Source: Raillietiella orientalis
Taxonomy: Eukaryota
DNA length: 64,000 bases
Direction of reading: 5' to 3'
NCBI GenBank assembly: GCA_036172245.1
Contig: JAYWIR010000005.1
Location: 3,658,001-3,722,000, forward strand
In this document: in pieces, positions 28,701 through 41,300 of the stretch
How the letters are laid out: each line of letters opens with the position of its first letter
How positions within the stretch are numbered: the first letter of the stretch is position 1
Program-made: the position numbers and the translations under genes
The notes under the pieces: model-generated
The model's input: the letters and a program-made list of their open reading frames with translations, nothing else
The model's database searches: none
What the model was told of the DNA's origin: nothing

Positions 28701-29260
28701 GCAGGCAACCGCGCGCGGAAAACCACCACCGGCGCCGTGCTCTGGTGAGGATCTTCAGAAATGGCGCTGCAGCGCGCCATCCCTGCGAGGTCAGGACGCA
28801 GAGTCCCCACGCAGCAGTTTTTTGAGGCGAACCTTTCGATCTCACAGCTCCAGGGGATGAGGGCCGAATCCTGCGCTCAGGGGCGGGTGGCGTGCCCTTT
28901 CGAGATGAGAGAGGCTGCAGCAGCGGCTCTCTCCTCAAGACCCGCAGCTCGACTGCCTCATCTGAGGCCTGCTGTTGGAGTATCGATGGAGACAATCCCT
29001 GGGAAGGAAAAAAAAAGAAAAACACACACACACACGCAAATGAGTTTCTAAGATGCGACCTCTGAGCGGATCTTCCTGGAGAAAGCGTGATGTCCAGTGG
29101 CATACCCTCAAGGTCGGGACCTCTTCCTTCGAGGAATCCACCGGCCCTCGTAACTACTAGGAAGTGGTCGTCCGCGATCCTGTGCAAGCCGCGGACAAAA
29201 CCTCGATGTTTCTCAACTGCCTCGGTCCAAAGGAGCGTCCCGAGGGAAGGAGCTGGAGCG
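25800..29260 (+). mobile_element. Decayed, GC-rich L1/Tx1-like ORF2 (relic G)
   Basis: GKHAPAQN (NVYAP), CGLDVN (W.LN), GGLTASGVIRGHEEIQ, RRWKPECSHNEE (NWRPI...N.D), GKGEGGIA (GGL block) and SMFLNC (CCHC remnant, ~29210), colinear. Confidence 0.55.
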
Positions 29261-32200
29261 TTTTAAGGGACGAAGATCTCCGCAGAGCACATCGGTTTTT
29301 CCTGATGAGGTCCTGGACCGCTTGAGGTGTGGAACAATGTGCCGAGTGGACGAATCGATCCTGCTTCTTGATACGGTGTGAGAGTCTACAAGCACTTGGA
29401 ATCAGGGAGAGGTGTTACCGTCTCCAGTAGCAACCTCGGCTGCAGCATCCTCGCTCGCCGTCGGGGAATCTGCCTCCTGCCTCCTCCCCATCCCCCAAGG
29501 AGCAGGCGTTGCGACGTCCCGTATGAAAGTCAGTGGCTCAGTGGAATCTGTGGTCTGCGGATGAGGGAGAGCCGGAAGAGCAGTCACATGGTCTCTGAGG
29601 GTGGAGGGCTGCGTCCCCGGTCGGCGGGAGGCTGCTGCAGCGAAGGGGACAGGACGAAATTTTCCAGGTGTGTCAGGGCATGGGGGGGACGCTTCGGTCA
29701 GATGCACGGCTGCTTGGTACGGCACCTGCTGAGGGCTCGGGAGAGAGCGGAATCCCTCGCTTTCGGAGAGGAGAATCTGGACCCAAGGGTGGAAGGGTGG
29801 GAGCCTGTGTGGAGGGAGGAGAGAGGCAAAGGTGTGGCTGCGGAGACATTTCCAAGCATCTCGGCACTGCCCTAGGGAGGAAGGCTGGGGGTCGTTTCGA
29901 GCTTTCTTCTGGGAGAATAGCAGCGGCTGTTGCCAAGGCTCCCGAGGGAGCCCGACTGCATGCTGCTTCACACGAGAGGGTAGGGGAGTGGAAGAAGCAC
30001 CTGAAGGTGGTCGCGGCGGGAGCTGAACCCCAGGCGTTGGCATTCCAGGGTCCGGCATCACGCCGTGCCTGAAGAGAGGAGCCCAGCAACGCGTTGCCAG
30101 GGAGTACGATCGGCTGAGGGACCTCGCTCCGTCCAAGGGGAAGAGAGGAAAGGAGGAAAGGGGGGGCGCGGACGACGGACATCCCTACCGTAGAAGAGAA
30201 GGTGCCTTTTTCTCTCAGGGTGAGGGCGGAGACTCAGCATCCGGACAGGGAGGCGGTGCTTCGAGGGTGCGACCCCGCGATGGCAGAGTGCTGGGGTTCA
30301 TCCGCACGCCGCTCCCGAAGGAGTCCGATGGTCTTCCGGAGGAGCTCCGGTGGAAAGGAGCGGAGGGAGCGCGTCGTCCCTGCCCGGAGCTCCCGGAGTT
30401 CGATCTGCCCGGAGATCGGTGTCTCCCCTGACGTGCCCCAGTCCGGACGCGGGCGCGGCCACCGATCCCTGCGGAGGGAGTCTCCCCCTGGAGTCTTTTT
30501 CGGGAAGCAGCAGCAGATCTTTCGCTGAACCTTCCGCCTCCCCCCCCCCCCTTCTTCCCTCCCCGTTCCTCCGGCACGGAGCGTTTCCGAGCAGGACCCA
30601 CCCTTTTTCCTGGGAGCCATCTCCCCGCAGGGAGAGCGGGGACAGCGTCTCTATGGGAACGGCGGAAGATTGTTCCGTGGAGTGCCCAATACCTGCCGAC
30701 CTCGGTGGCGGCAGAGCGTCTCCTTGGAAACCGCTCCCCGACGGGCATGCTAACTCGGCGGGCGCGCGCGCGCAAACGAGAGTCAATGCCGCGGCAGTGG
30801 ACCTCGGGAGAGTGCGGCGCCAGCCGGTGGCGTTCCGGAGAAACATGCGCTGGTACTGACCTCCATATGACCCGGATCGGTTCGAAGCGGAGTACAACTA
30901 AGAAAAAGGGGGGGGGGGAGAGGTCGCTCCCATTTCCCGAGCAGAAAAGGAAGGATTGTGATCCGTCCTTCGCTCCTCCTTCCCGGAAACGCATTTTCCT
31001 CCTCCCCTGCTTCCCTGGAAAGGAGCTCGGGAACGGGACCTGAGGTCCTGAGTTCCCTCCAGAATTGCTGCCGGAGGAAAGGAGTGAAAGGAGGGACCGT
31101 ATGTTCCCGACACGGTCGTATTCCCGTCATAGTCCGAGGAAGGATCCTAAAAAGGTGTTCCCTCCTCCTCCTCCCTTCCTCCTCTTCGGACTTTCCCGTT
31201 CCTTTCTCCCGCTGGAAGCTGCGCGACCCTGTCGTCCTTTCCTGCCACCAGGAGTCGGACGCTCGGCAAGGAGACCACGGAGCTCTCTCCTCCCGAGGGA
31301 GAGTTTCGTGAGAGTCACACTCTATCAAAGATCCTGATGAAGTATGAGGGAGAGACGCGGGTGGGATGCCCTGATCTCGAGGCGAGGAAACCCCGAGGCA
31401 TTCTCTCTCGGAGGGACCGGTGGAGCCTGGAACTAGCGGCTGCGCGCGCAGCCCTCCTATTAAGCCGGAGGAAGCGGTCTGCTCCGTGGAGAGCGAGGCC
31501 GTCCGTAGGTCGACGGAGGATTGCCTGCTACCAGCACCATCATCCATTCCCGCCGCCGAGGGGTCCAAGGTGCGGCAAGAAGGAGGGGGAAGGGAGGAGG
31601 AGGAAGCCGGAATGTCCTTTCTTCGGCGGAAAACACCCTGGGATATGGGGTATCACGGAGGAGGGGTGGGGATGGGGCGTGGCAGGTAGGTCCTCTCCGC
31701 CATCCGTGTTTGTCCGGAGGAGCTCTTTTTCCCCCTCCAGGAAGAGGGCAGCGCAGGCGATTTCGCCCGCCAGGCGGCGGCTGCGGGGCACGTCCGTTCC
31801 TCACTCCTCCCATCATCCTGGGGATCGTTCCGATCCGCGGGATTCCTCCCTCCGTCGCTCCCCTCAGCGGCCGCGAGTCTGGACGTATTTTTAGTCCCTC
31901 TGGGAGGGGCTAGGGAGGAGGCCGACCTGACGTCAACGAGCTCGTTCTCCGCTTCCGGGGCCCTTGCGTTCCTCGCGACAGTCGCGTGCCGCGCCCCACG
32001 AGGGAGGCTATAAATAGCCGAGCGCCTCTCGCAGGACTCCGAGGTCAACCCGTACGTGCGAAGGACGCGCGCGCGGGAGGGCCAACGAAGCGCCTCCTCC
32101 TCGATCTCTCTTCCCTTTTCTACTCCTTCTCTCATCTCCCCCTGCTCTTCGTCTCCTTTTCTTTGCCTTCTCCCCGTCGCCGTCCCACATACTGGGTCAA

Positions 32201-33600
32201 TCCGGAGGGCAAGCATCAACGACTCCGACCTGCATTGCAATACGGCCCCTCACGTCGCACTTCGGTTCCTACCCTCTGCTGCAAGATGCAAAGACCTGAA
32301 TGAGCCGCATCCGCCACCCCTTCCCCACGCCACCATCTCTTGAGGGTCCAAGCAAAGCACGACGACGTCCGGCACACTTGCGAACCGAAATCCTCCTTGA
32401 CCTCTCGAGGGTCTTCCCTCAGGCATAGTTCCCTCACCGGTATTCTGCGCTTCTTTCCTAAACTGATGGAGCAGCCTCCGCCCCTCCCTCTTCCTTCTTG
32501 GACTCAGAGCCACCGTCCGACCCGCTGCCCTGCCTCACCGCATTTCTTTCAGATCTTCTGGCTCAAATCACGGTACTGGGGCGAAGCGCACCACGTACGG
32601 AAAGCATCCCCGAGACAAAGACCGGGCGTTGGCTCGCTCCTCCATACGCGATTCCAACAACGGACATTGTCACCTACATACGCGAATTTAGAAACGGCTG
32701 CTGACTCCTGAAAGCGCGGTTCCAAGAGCGGAAGTTTCCTCCTTCACACGCGACTCCAACAACGGGCATTGGCATCTCCATACGCGACTCTAAAACGGCC
32801 ACTGGCTCCACTACAGGCGGCTTTAACAACGGGCATTCGCTCGTTCATACATGGCTCTCCAAGCACGGCTTTAGGAACGGCTGCTGACTCCTGGAAACGC
32901 AGCTCTGAGAGGGGGAGTTCCCTCTTCTAGACACGGCTCTAAGGACGACCATTGGCTCCTCCATACGCAGCTCCAGCAACGGCGTCGGCTTCTCGAAACA
33001 CGGTTCGTTTGCAGCGCGGCGTCCCGGTCCATTTGCGCAGGAGCGCCCCAGAGGAATTCCAGCTCAGCAGGATTCCTGCGGATAATCGGCTGCGGGTCGC
33101 AGCCGTCTAACTGCTCCTGCGGGCGCACCCGTGAGTGGAGGGGAGGAAGGAGGGTCAGGGGAGGAAACCCAAGGAGCTTTCTCGTGCCCCACTGGCTCTC
33201 CCGAAGAGCATTTCCTGGAACGACCAGGTCGGAGGATCCTCGGAGGGGCTGCTGGATGGACGCCGAGGTCCTCTGGTGTCGGAATCCGCGAGCAGAAGAC
33301 GCCAGAAGACATCCTCAGGGACGAGCTGGCCCCCTTCAGGAATGGCTGAGTTCGGGAGCCAATCTGCGTGTGGCCTCCCGTTGCGCATCTCTCGCCTCCG
33401 CGCGCAGCCTCCCATGGTGCATTCCTTGCCCCCTTCTCGTTCCTCTGTGCCTGCTTCCCGCGCGTCCTCCATCTGGCGTTAGGTTCCCGGGACAGGCGTT
33501 GACATTCCGCCCTCCCCCTCCCCTTCCCTCCGCCCGAAAAGCCGCTCGCGGCGGTCGAGGGTAAGGCGGACGGGCTCGCTGGCATGTTTGTTCCGGAAGG
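29260..33600 (-). mobile_element. Near full-length, decayed, GC-rich L1/Tx1-like element with ORF1 and ORF2 remnants (relic H)
   Basis: ORF1-like knuckle remnant KCSSGEPVGHEKAPW (~33200), endonuclease remnant MVLVAGNP (~31520), and RT remnants VRTGARQGRHRSP (RGVRQG.PLSP, ~30430) and LFYGRDV (YADD position, ~30190). Confidence 0.6.
32640..33010. repeat. Degenerate 34-bp minisatellite, about 11 units
   Basis: Unit starts at 32646, 32680, 32714, 32748, 32782, 32815, (short unit 32849), 32863, 32897, 32931 and 32965. Example unit: acgcgactccaacaacgggcattggcatctccat. Confidence 0.85.
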
Positions 33601-35369
33601 TCACGGCCGTGACTGCCGGGTCTGCCCGGAGGCGGGGCCCAAGCATCCCACTGGAACGGCTCTCGGATGCTAAGGAACCCAGAGCAACCCTCCCATTTTG
33701 TACTCCCGTGGGGAGCACGAAATCCCTCCTTCCGAGGATGGCCGCTCCTTCCCAGCATCCACCTTCTCCCCACCGTTCTCCCCGAGCGCTTTCGGACTCT
33801 CACAGAGGGGAATCGGCCCTTTCCGTGTCTTTTCCTCACGTGCTTCTACCCCTCTCTTCCTGCCCGACTTCCCGAAACGCCGATTCCTCACGTCGACTGG
33901 GTACCGAAGGGCCGTCGAAGGGCCACCCGGTGTGGGAGGCATGGGGTGCCAGACAGACCTTTTTTGACCACTGCGGTTCTCCGATGGCTCCTTGGGAGTT
34001 TGCCGGCAGCTTCCTGCCCCGGAGCTATCGTGCCTATTTTCCCCGAAAAGGATGGGGTCGGCCATCTCCGTGAGGCGGGAAGAGGGGAGGCGAGGAGGTG
34101 TCTTCTGGAGACGGGAGCGAGACCGACGGCACGTGTCTTCGAGAAGATGCCCTGGTGTTGGGAAGGGTTGACAGGAGTCGCTCCGGGAGCCTCCGGCAAA
34201 GTGGGAACAACGATCTCCCCTTCGTGGTTCCGCGCCAAGGACCGGATGAGGGCGAGGCGGAGGGATGGAGGGTGGGAGAGATGGGAGGTCACGCGCATGC
34301 CGCGTGGCATCCGAGAGCACGCGGGAGCCGGAAGGGGAGGGACGGAAGGGTTTCCATGGTGACTGAGGGCGCGTCGCGCGGATCGCGAGCGCGAGCCGCT
34401 GTCGTCTCGGAGAGCTGGGACGGTGACCCCCCCCCCCCCCCAGTGACCCAGAGGGTCCAGCCCAACGCGTTTGTCTTTGTCGGATGGGATGGGAGTTCCT
34501 ACCCTTTTCCTCCCACCTCTCTTCTCCACGAAAAGCTGTCCCGGAGAAAGCACCCGCCTGATCCTCAGCGCCATAGGGTGGGATGGGAAGCCCGGCCCCA
34601 TCTCTCTCTCTCTCCTACCCATCTCCTAGCGCCGAGGCTCCAGCGGCTGGCCTGTCCCCTTCGCCGAGCCACGGACGGACGGATGCCCTCCGGGGAGTGA
34701 GGACCGCGGGGAAAGAGAGGCACAAAGACCCCACTTTTCTTTCCTGAAGGATCCTTCCGGCCCTAGGCGTTTCCTGCCCGGCCGCCTTCCTCCCGAGGGG
34801 GAAGAGGAAGGGTGATCCCTCCTCTCTTCCTCCCCTCCTCCCCCCTTTGGGCTCCGCACCTCGGGGAAGCAGGAAGAGCTCCAGGGGCTCGCGAGTGTTC
34901 TCTCCTCCTCCCCCCTTCCTTGCCGCCGCCGGCGGTGGTGGTCACAGGTCAACGCGCGTTTCTTCTTAGCTACCCCTCCGGAAAAAACAACCTTCCCAGG
35001 GGCATCCCGGCGTCTCTCCCGCCGCCGCTTTCTCCACCCCCTTCTCCCCCTTTTCCCTCCCCCTGAGTCATGAGCAGCGGCGGCGGCGGCGGACAGAGGG
35101 AGGAAGGGCTGGGTTGGGTTGGATTGTCGGATGGGATGGAATGGGGACACCTCCCCCCCTCCTCTCCCTTTCCCCTCTTGCTCCCGCGAGGCGCCTCCGC
35201 GCCGAGAGCTCCGTCCAGTCGGAGGCGACCGCGGCGCGGCGCTCGTGCGGGTGCTCTCGCGAGCGCGCAGGTGCCGCCGCCGGCCGGCCGGAGCGTTCGG
35301 CGCGCGCCCGCCGGCGGGGAGAGCGCGCTGCCGTCGCCGCCGCCGCCTCAATCGGCGGCGGGGATCGTC

Positions 35370-38300
35370 ATGGCGAAGTGCCGGCTGGAAGCTGCGGCCG
35401 TCGCGACGATGTGCCTCCTGCTGGCCCCCGGGCCGGGCGCGGCGCTGAACCTGCGGGAGCTCGTCGAGGGGGACCCTGAGCTGAAGGAGGTGAGCAAGAG
35501 GGGTCCAACAATGGGGGAGGGCAGGGGAAAGGGAGGGAGGGGATGAAGAGGAAGAGCACGAGAGGGTCGAAAGCGGGGAAGGAGGAAGACCATCCCCCTC
35601 CCCGGGGGGGAAGAAAGGAAAGCGCCTCCCTGAGATCGCCGGAAAACCCACCACATCCTGCTTTCCCCCCCCGGTCTCCTCCTCCCTCTCCTGAGGCTAT
35701 CGGCCGCTTCCTTCTGCCCATTCCGACTGCCTCGGGAGACGCTCCGAAGGAGGGGCGGCCCCGGATCCTTTGGGGGGGGGGGGTAGGGGGATCCGTTTAG
35801 CGACCGGAGGACATCCACCCTCTCCAACAAAACGCACGAGCGGTTGCTGGGGATCGACCGCCCGTATTGAGCCCCTCCCCCGGGACGGACACCCCGTGGG
35901 AGCCCTTCTCTCCTCCCCTCCCCCTTCCTCCTCTCTGCCACCGTCCGTCCAAGAGCGAGCGCAGAGGACGTCTCCATGACGCCTGCGGCTCCTCGGACAC
36001 GCCCGCGCCGCACCCCGTCCCCACCTTGCGCGTTCTCGGCCGGCGGAGGGCGGGAGTCTCTGAGCGCCCGACCGTCTCCCGAAGACGGAAAAAGGGAGGG
36101 GGTGGAGAGCACGCCGCCGACCAGGATGTGCGTTTCCTATGCGCCCGCCGGTCGCCCGGGAGACCAAGAACATGCATTTCGTTACCCGCCGGATGGTCGC
36201 GAGCGCTCGCGCCCGGCCTCTATCCGTGGGCGCAACAGAAGAAAGGCACGGAGGACGCCAGAACGAGGGAGGCTGAGCAGAGGGAGGAGGGGAGGAAGGT
36301 TGGAAGAGGGGAGGGAGGAGGGGAGGAAGGTTGGAAGAGGGGAGGGAGGAGGACGAGGAAAGGTGGAAGAGAAAGAGGGGCGGCCTACGTTCCCGCGACC
36401 CGGCGCTGTGCTCCTCCTCGTGCCCTCCTCACGGAGTGCGGGAAGGAGGGAGCGCTCTCCCTCCTCCTCCTCCTCCTCGCGTGGCCGCTTCGAGGCGGAA
36501 CTGATGCCCCCTGAGCGTCGCGTAAACCGGGAGGGCAACTTCCAAACCGGCGGGCGCGTGCACGCCACCTGTTCCCTCGCCGTCGTCGTCGCCGCCGCCG
36601 CCGCCGTCGCCTGGATACCGCCCCGCCGACCGGACAGCGCCGTCACCGCCGCTCGGAGCGATCGATCCGCCCGCTAGGCCGGCGCCGCTCTCGAGGGCGC
36701 CCGCCCGTCCACCTTCCCTGCCCCGCCCCTGAGGTTCGCCCGGGAGGAGATCCCAAGGGTCCACCTCGCCGCAGGGGGCAGACCCTCCCTTGGTCGAGGG
36801 GATGGCAGAGATTGGGCGAAGCGGAGGTTCTGCGAAGTCGCCCGAGCAGCGAAGGGGCACTCGTCGACTCGCGTTGCGTAACGCGCCGGAGGGCTTCGCG
36901 CGAGCGCGCGCGCGCAGAGAAGGGGGGAAGGGCTGGGAGAGTCCAGCGATGGCGTAATTGCGGGAGGGAAGCGCGCGGTGACTGGCGTTTCCGCGCCGGG
37001 GGCACCTCGACGCGCACGCGCGCGCGACCAAGCGCAGGGTGTGCGACCGAGGCAGCGCCTCCGGCGGCGGCGGCCGCTCGGCGCGCAGCCCGTCCGCGTC
37101 TCCGGGGGAGGGGAGATCTCTTCCCCGAGAGTTCCTTCCCAGCCGCCTTCAGGAGGAGGAGGTGCTTTCCCCCTCGGCACCCGCACCCTCGGCCCCGCGG
37201 CAGGTGCCAGGAGGAGGGCGCCTGCCGGCCCCGCCCATCTACCCTGCGCGAGCTGCTCGCGCGCAAACCCGCCGCCTTCGGCTCGCGCTCCCCGTCTCCC
37301 GCCTCGACGTCCCCTTTGTTTTCCCTCCCACCGCCTTCCGACTCAGCAGGTGGCAGAGGCGACCCGCATCGCAACCTCCCCTCCCGCGGGAAGGCGCTAG
37401 CGGCGGCGACAGGAAGCTCCTACTTCTTCCATTCCTGTCCCGGAAGAGCATGCAGGTCTTCACCGCCGCTCTGCGACCCAGGAGCGACTCCCCTGACGGC
37501 GGAAGGATGGAGGTGCTCCCGGTCTGACGTCCCGGGAGGCATCCGTCGGCTAGGCACCGGGAGGGGGAACCGTCCTCCGAGTCTGGGCAGAGATACGGCG
37601 GCCTGTGGAAGGGCCCTCCTTCCCTGACTCGTATTTTGCGCGCTGGTTCCCGGGCCCGTCTACTCCCCGGCCCACTCGGGTCGCCCTCCGTGACTCCTCG
37701 CTCTCCTTTTACAGCTCCACAAGTCGTAAAACGGGGGGGGGGGAGGGGAGAAAGAGGACATGCACGCACGCATGCATGCACTCACGCACGCACGCATGCG
37801 ATTCGGGCCAACGAGAGGCGGCGCTCACGCAACGGGCGCACCTCCTCGGTTGCGTGCGGTTCCCTCGGAAACGGAACTGGCTAAAGCCGAAAACGAGGGA
37901 AGGGGGAAAAGAGGGGAAACCGAGAAAAAAAAGGAGGGGAGGAAGGGTGGGGAGGATAGGGGGGAAAACATGATGCCTCGTTCTGGGGATGCTCCGTCAA
38001 GCACAACGTCAGCGGTCGGACGCTCCTCGTGCTTCCCTATGCGTGTGGTAGGAGGGTGACGGCGAAGAGGGCGAGTGAGAGGGAAGGGGGAGGGGGAAGG
38101 TCACCTGGCTGACTTCCTTTCGAAATACCACCGGTCCCTTTCTCGGAGCTCCTCTCCCGCCCTTTCCTTGCTTGGAGAGCGCTCCTTTCCGTGCTACGAG
38201 GTGGCACGTGCTTCCCGCCGGGTCTCTTCTCGCGGTGTGCGCATCCCCTTCCGTGGGAAGAGTCGAATGACTGCCCTCCCCATCCTCCACCCCCCATCCC

Positions 38301-41300
38301 CTCTGCGAGATAGGTCCTCCCGATGGACGGACGAGACCCCCGCAGGGAAGCTTTAGTCCCCACAAAGCGCCGAGCTGCGCCCAGGCGCGCAGGGAGGCGG
38401 CCGGCCGCTTTGCGGGGCGACGTCTCCGCCATACGCCTCCACGCGCCGCAACAAGTCGGCCGCTCGTGCGCGCGCGGGCCAGGGCGGAACGGCTGTCCGT
38501 CGCACCCTCCTGGAGCGCCCTGCGCCTGGCAAGGGTCCGCGCCGCCTCCACCTTCCCCCTACTTTTCTCCGTTTCCTTCCCAGTTCGGCGACGTCATCCG
38601 CCAGTCCTCGTACGTGCTGAGCCTCCTGGCGGAGCGGTCCGGGACGCTGTTTGCCGCCACCAACGAGGCCATGAGGAGCTACCAGGGTCCCAGGAACAAG
38701 AACCTCCTCTTCTACCACCTGTGTGAGTCCCCCCCTCTTCCCCCTTCCTTCCCGGGACACCGCGGGACGCTCTTCTAGCAAACGTCCCCCTGACGACCGA
38801 TGAGCTCGGGATCAGCGTCAGTACGGACTACCCCGGCAACAAGCTCCTGTGGGTGACGGTGGTGGAGGGCGAGGGCGGAGTCAAGAGCTTCTATGTCAAC
38901 GACGCCAAGATCGTGAGGAGGGACATCCGAGGGTCGACTGCCGACGGCGAACTCCAGGTTCGGGCCCGCGGGAGCATCCCCCGCTCCCCGGGGAGGGAGG
39001 GAGGGGTGGGGGGAGAGAGCCACGACTCGCCCCATTCCCTCCCCCCTTCCAGACTCCCCTTCCTCGCTTGATCTTGCCTTTCCCTCTCCTCCTCTCTCTC
39101 TCTCTCTCCCCGAGGTCCTCCACGTCATCGACCGCGTCCTGGAGCTCGTCCTGCCCATGAGCAACGTCCAGACTGACCTGCTGAACCCACTGGCCTCCAA
39201 GCTGCTGCAGTCGTCGATCGCCTACCACCTGCAGGCCTCCGTGACGTAAGAGGGCAGGGAAGGGGTGGGGGAGCGAGCCTTGGCGGCGTCCTTCCCCATC
39301 TCGTGCACCCTCCCTCCCTCGGACGAGTCGGAGAGGGATCGCTCCCTTCTCTGAGACCATCCTTCCGGACTCGGCATCCCAATCCCATCCTTCTGCCCTC
39401 TCCTTCTTCTCCCTTTGTTCTCTCCCTCCTCCCGATGCCTTCTACGGAACGCTGGCAGATGGCTCCCCCGAAGCCGCTCCCTGGAGAAGGATGAAGGAAG
39501 CACGCGCCGGGAGGAGGCGAGTAAGGAGGGTGGGACCGCCTAGGGAGAGAATCCCCCTTCTCCCATCCCAGGATGCTCACTCCCAGGAGCTCCCGTCCTC
39601 CGGCACGGACGCCTCTAGCCGTCCCTCCTCTGCTCCGGCGCCAACCGATCCCCACGTCTCCCTCACCCCCCTTTCGCTCCCCGCCCCTACCACGAAGGGT
39701 TCCTTGCCCCGAGAGGAGTGGATCTCCACCGCCTCCTGAAATCCTCCCGTATTCCTCCAGGAACTTCGACCAGAGCCTGAGGGATCTCGCCAAGTACCCC
39801 AGCTTCGAGAGGACGCAAGAGTCCACGTTCTTCATCCCCGTGGATGACCCGGAAGCCCCGGCTATCCGCCTGGACGACCGGATTGTGGACAGTCACGTGA
39901 TCCCGGGAAAGGTGCTCTTCGTGCGCTCGGCCAACGCGTCCCTATTCCCTACTCTCACCTTCGGGAAGGACATCAAGGTGGTAGGCGGCATCTACCGCGT
40001 GTTCGACACCGACAGGGGCGTTTACACAGGTGAGCGGGACAGTCCACTCCCTGTGGGGCTCCTGGGCTCCTCCACGCCGAGGGAGAGTTCCTCTCGCCAT
40101 AGGGAGGGGAGGGAGGGGGGAGTGATGAGCGGGATTTCCTGAGCCGGAGCTCCTCCTGCGCACGCGTTAGGGCGTGGGAACGATGGGGTGGGATGAAAAT
40201 TGGAAGAGGAGGGAAGGCTGAGGCGAGGAGGACGCCTCTCTCACGGCAGGGTCTCTCCCTGGAACGCGCTGCGCCCGGGAGCTCGGGAGCAGCGTTGCTG
40301 GGCAACCGCCGCTGCAGTTTCCTCGGCGCTTGTCCGCCCCCTTCTGCTTTCCGCATTGATCTTTCCCCTCCTTTTCTCTTCCCCCCTCCTCCTCCCCCTA
40401 TCCCTGTCTGAGGCGGGGGAGAGATAAATCGGGGGGAGGGGAGAGCCTTTGAGTCCTGTGCGCGCCCACCCCCTTGCAGCGGTCTCGTCGTAACGCACCG
40501 CGAGGCGCAGATAAAAGGCGGAGTCGTCGTCGTCGTCTCTCAGGGCATCCCCCGCCTCGGCGTCCTTGGCGCAACCTCCGAGTGCGCGCGCGCCCGGCGT
40601 CTCCCCTCTCCCATCTCTTCCCACTTGCCCTCTAGCGGAGGTGACGGCGACGGCGGTAGCGGACGGCCGACTTCCTCCTGGAGGAAGGAAAAGCCGCAGG
40701 TCGTTTCCCACGCACTTCGCGATCGCCACCGGTCATTGCCACGGCAACGGGAGGAGAAGAAACCTCCGCCGTCACCGCCAGCAGGCTGACCCCCTTCTCC
40801 CGGCCGGCCGTGTTGCAAGAGAGGGAGGGTCACCCCTCGAATCCCGACCCTTTGGCTGGCTGGTTGGTTCGCCGGCGGACAGTTCCGGGTGCGCGCGCAC
40901 CTCCCCGGCGCCGAAAGCGATCCCCACAGAGACCAGTTTGCAGTTTTCCCCTCCTCTTTCTCTGCTCCCCCCCCGTCTTCCGGGGTGGACTTCTTCCGGC
41001 TTCGACTTCCCCTCTGAGGCTGGAAAGATTTCGCCCTCCGCGCTGACCTTCCTTCTAGCCTTCCAGACCTGTAGGAACACACCTGCCGTACCTGAGGCGT
41101 GCGGTGCGGTTCCTGGAAGTCCAGGGAAGAGAGAGGCGAAGGGGGGGGGACTCGGATCCCCGACTGCTGGGACCCACCTCTCTCTCCCCGTGGGAAAGGA
41201 AGTACCCGTCCCACCTCCTTCGGCCGCTCTTCGTTTTCGGAACGACCACCTTTTCCTCCCTTCCTCCTTCGACAACACGGTGGAGGGGGGGGAGGAGAAC

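Noticed and set aside
32640..33010. 34-bp periodic array as a CRISPR array
   Set aside because: Units are degenerate along their whole length with no invariant repeat plus unique spacer. There are no cas genes and the context is eukaryotic.
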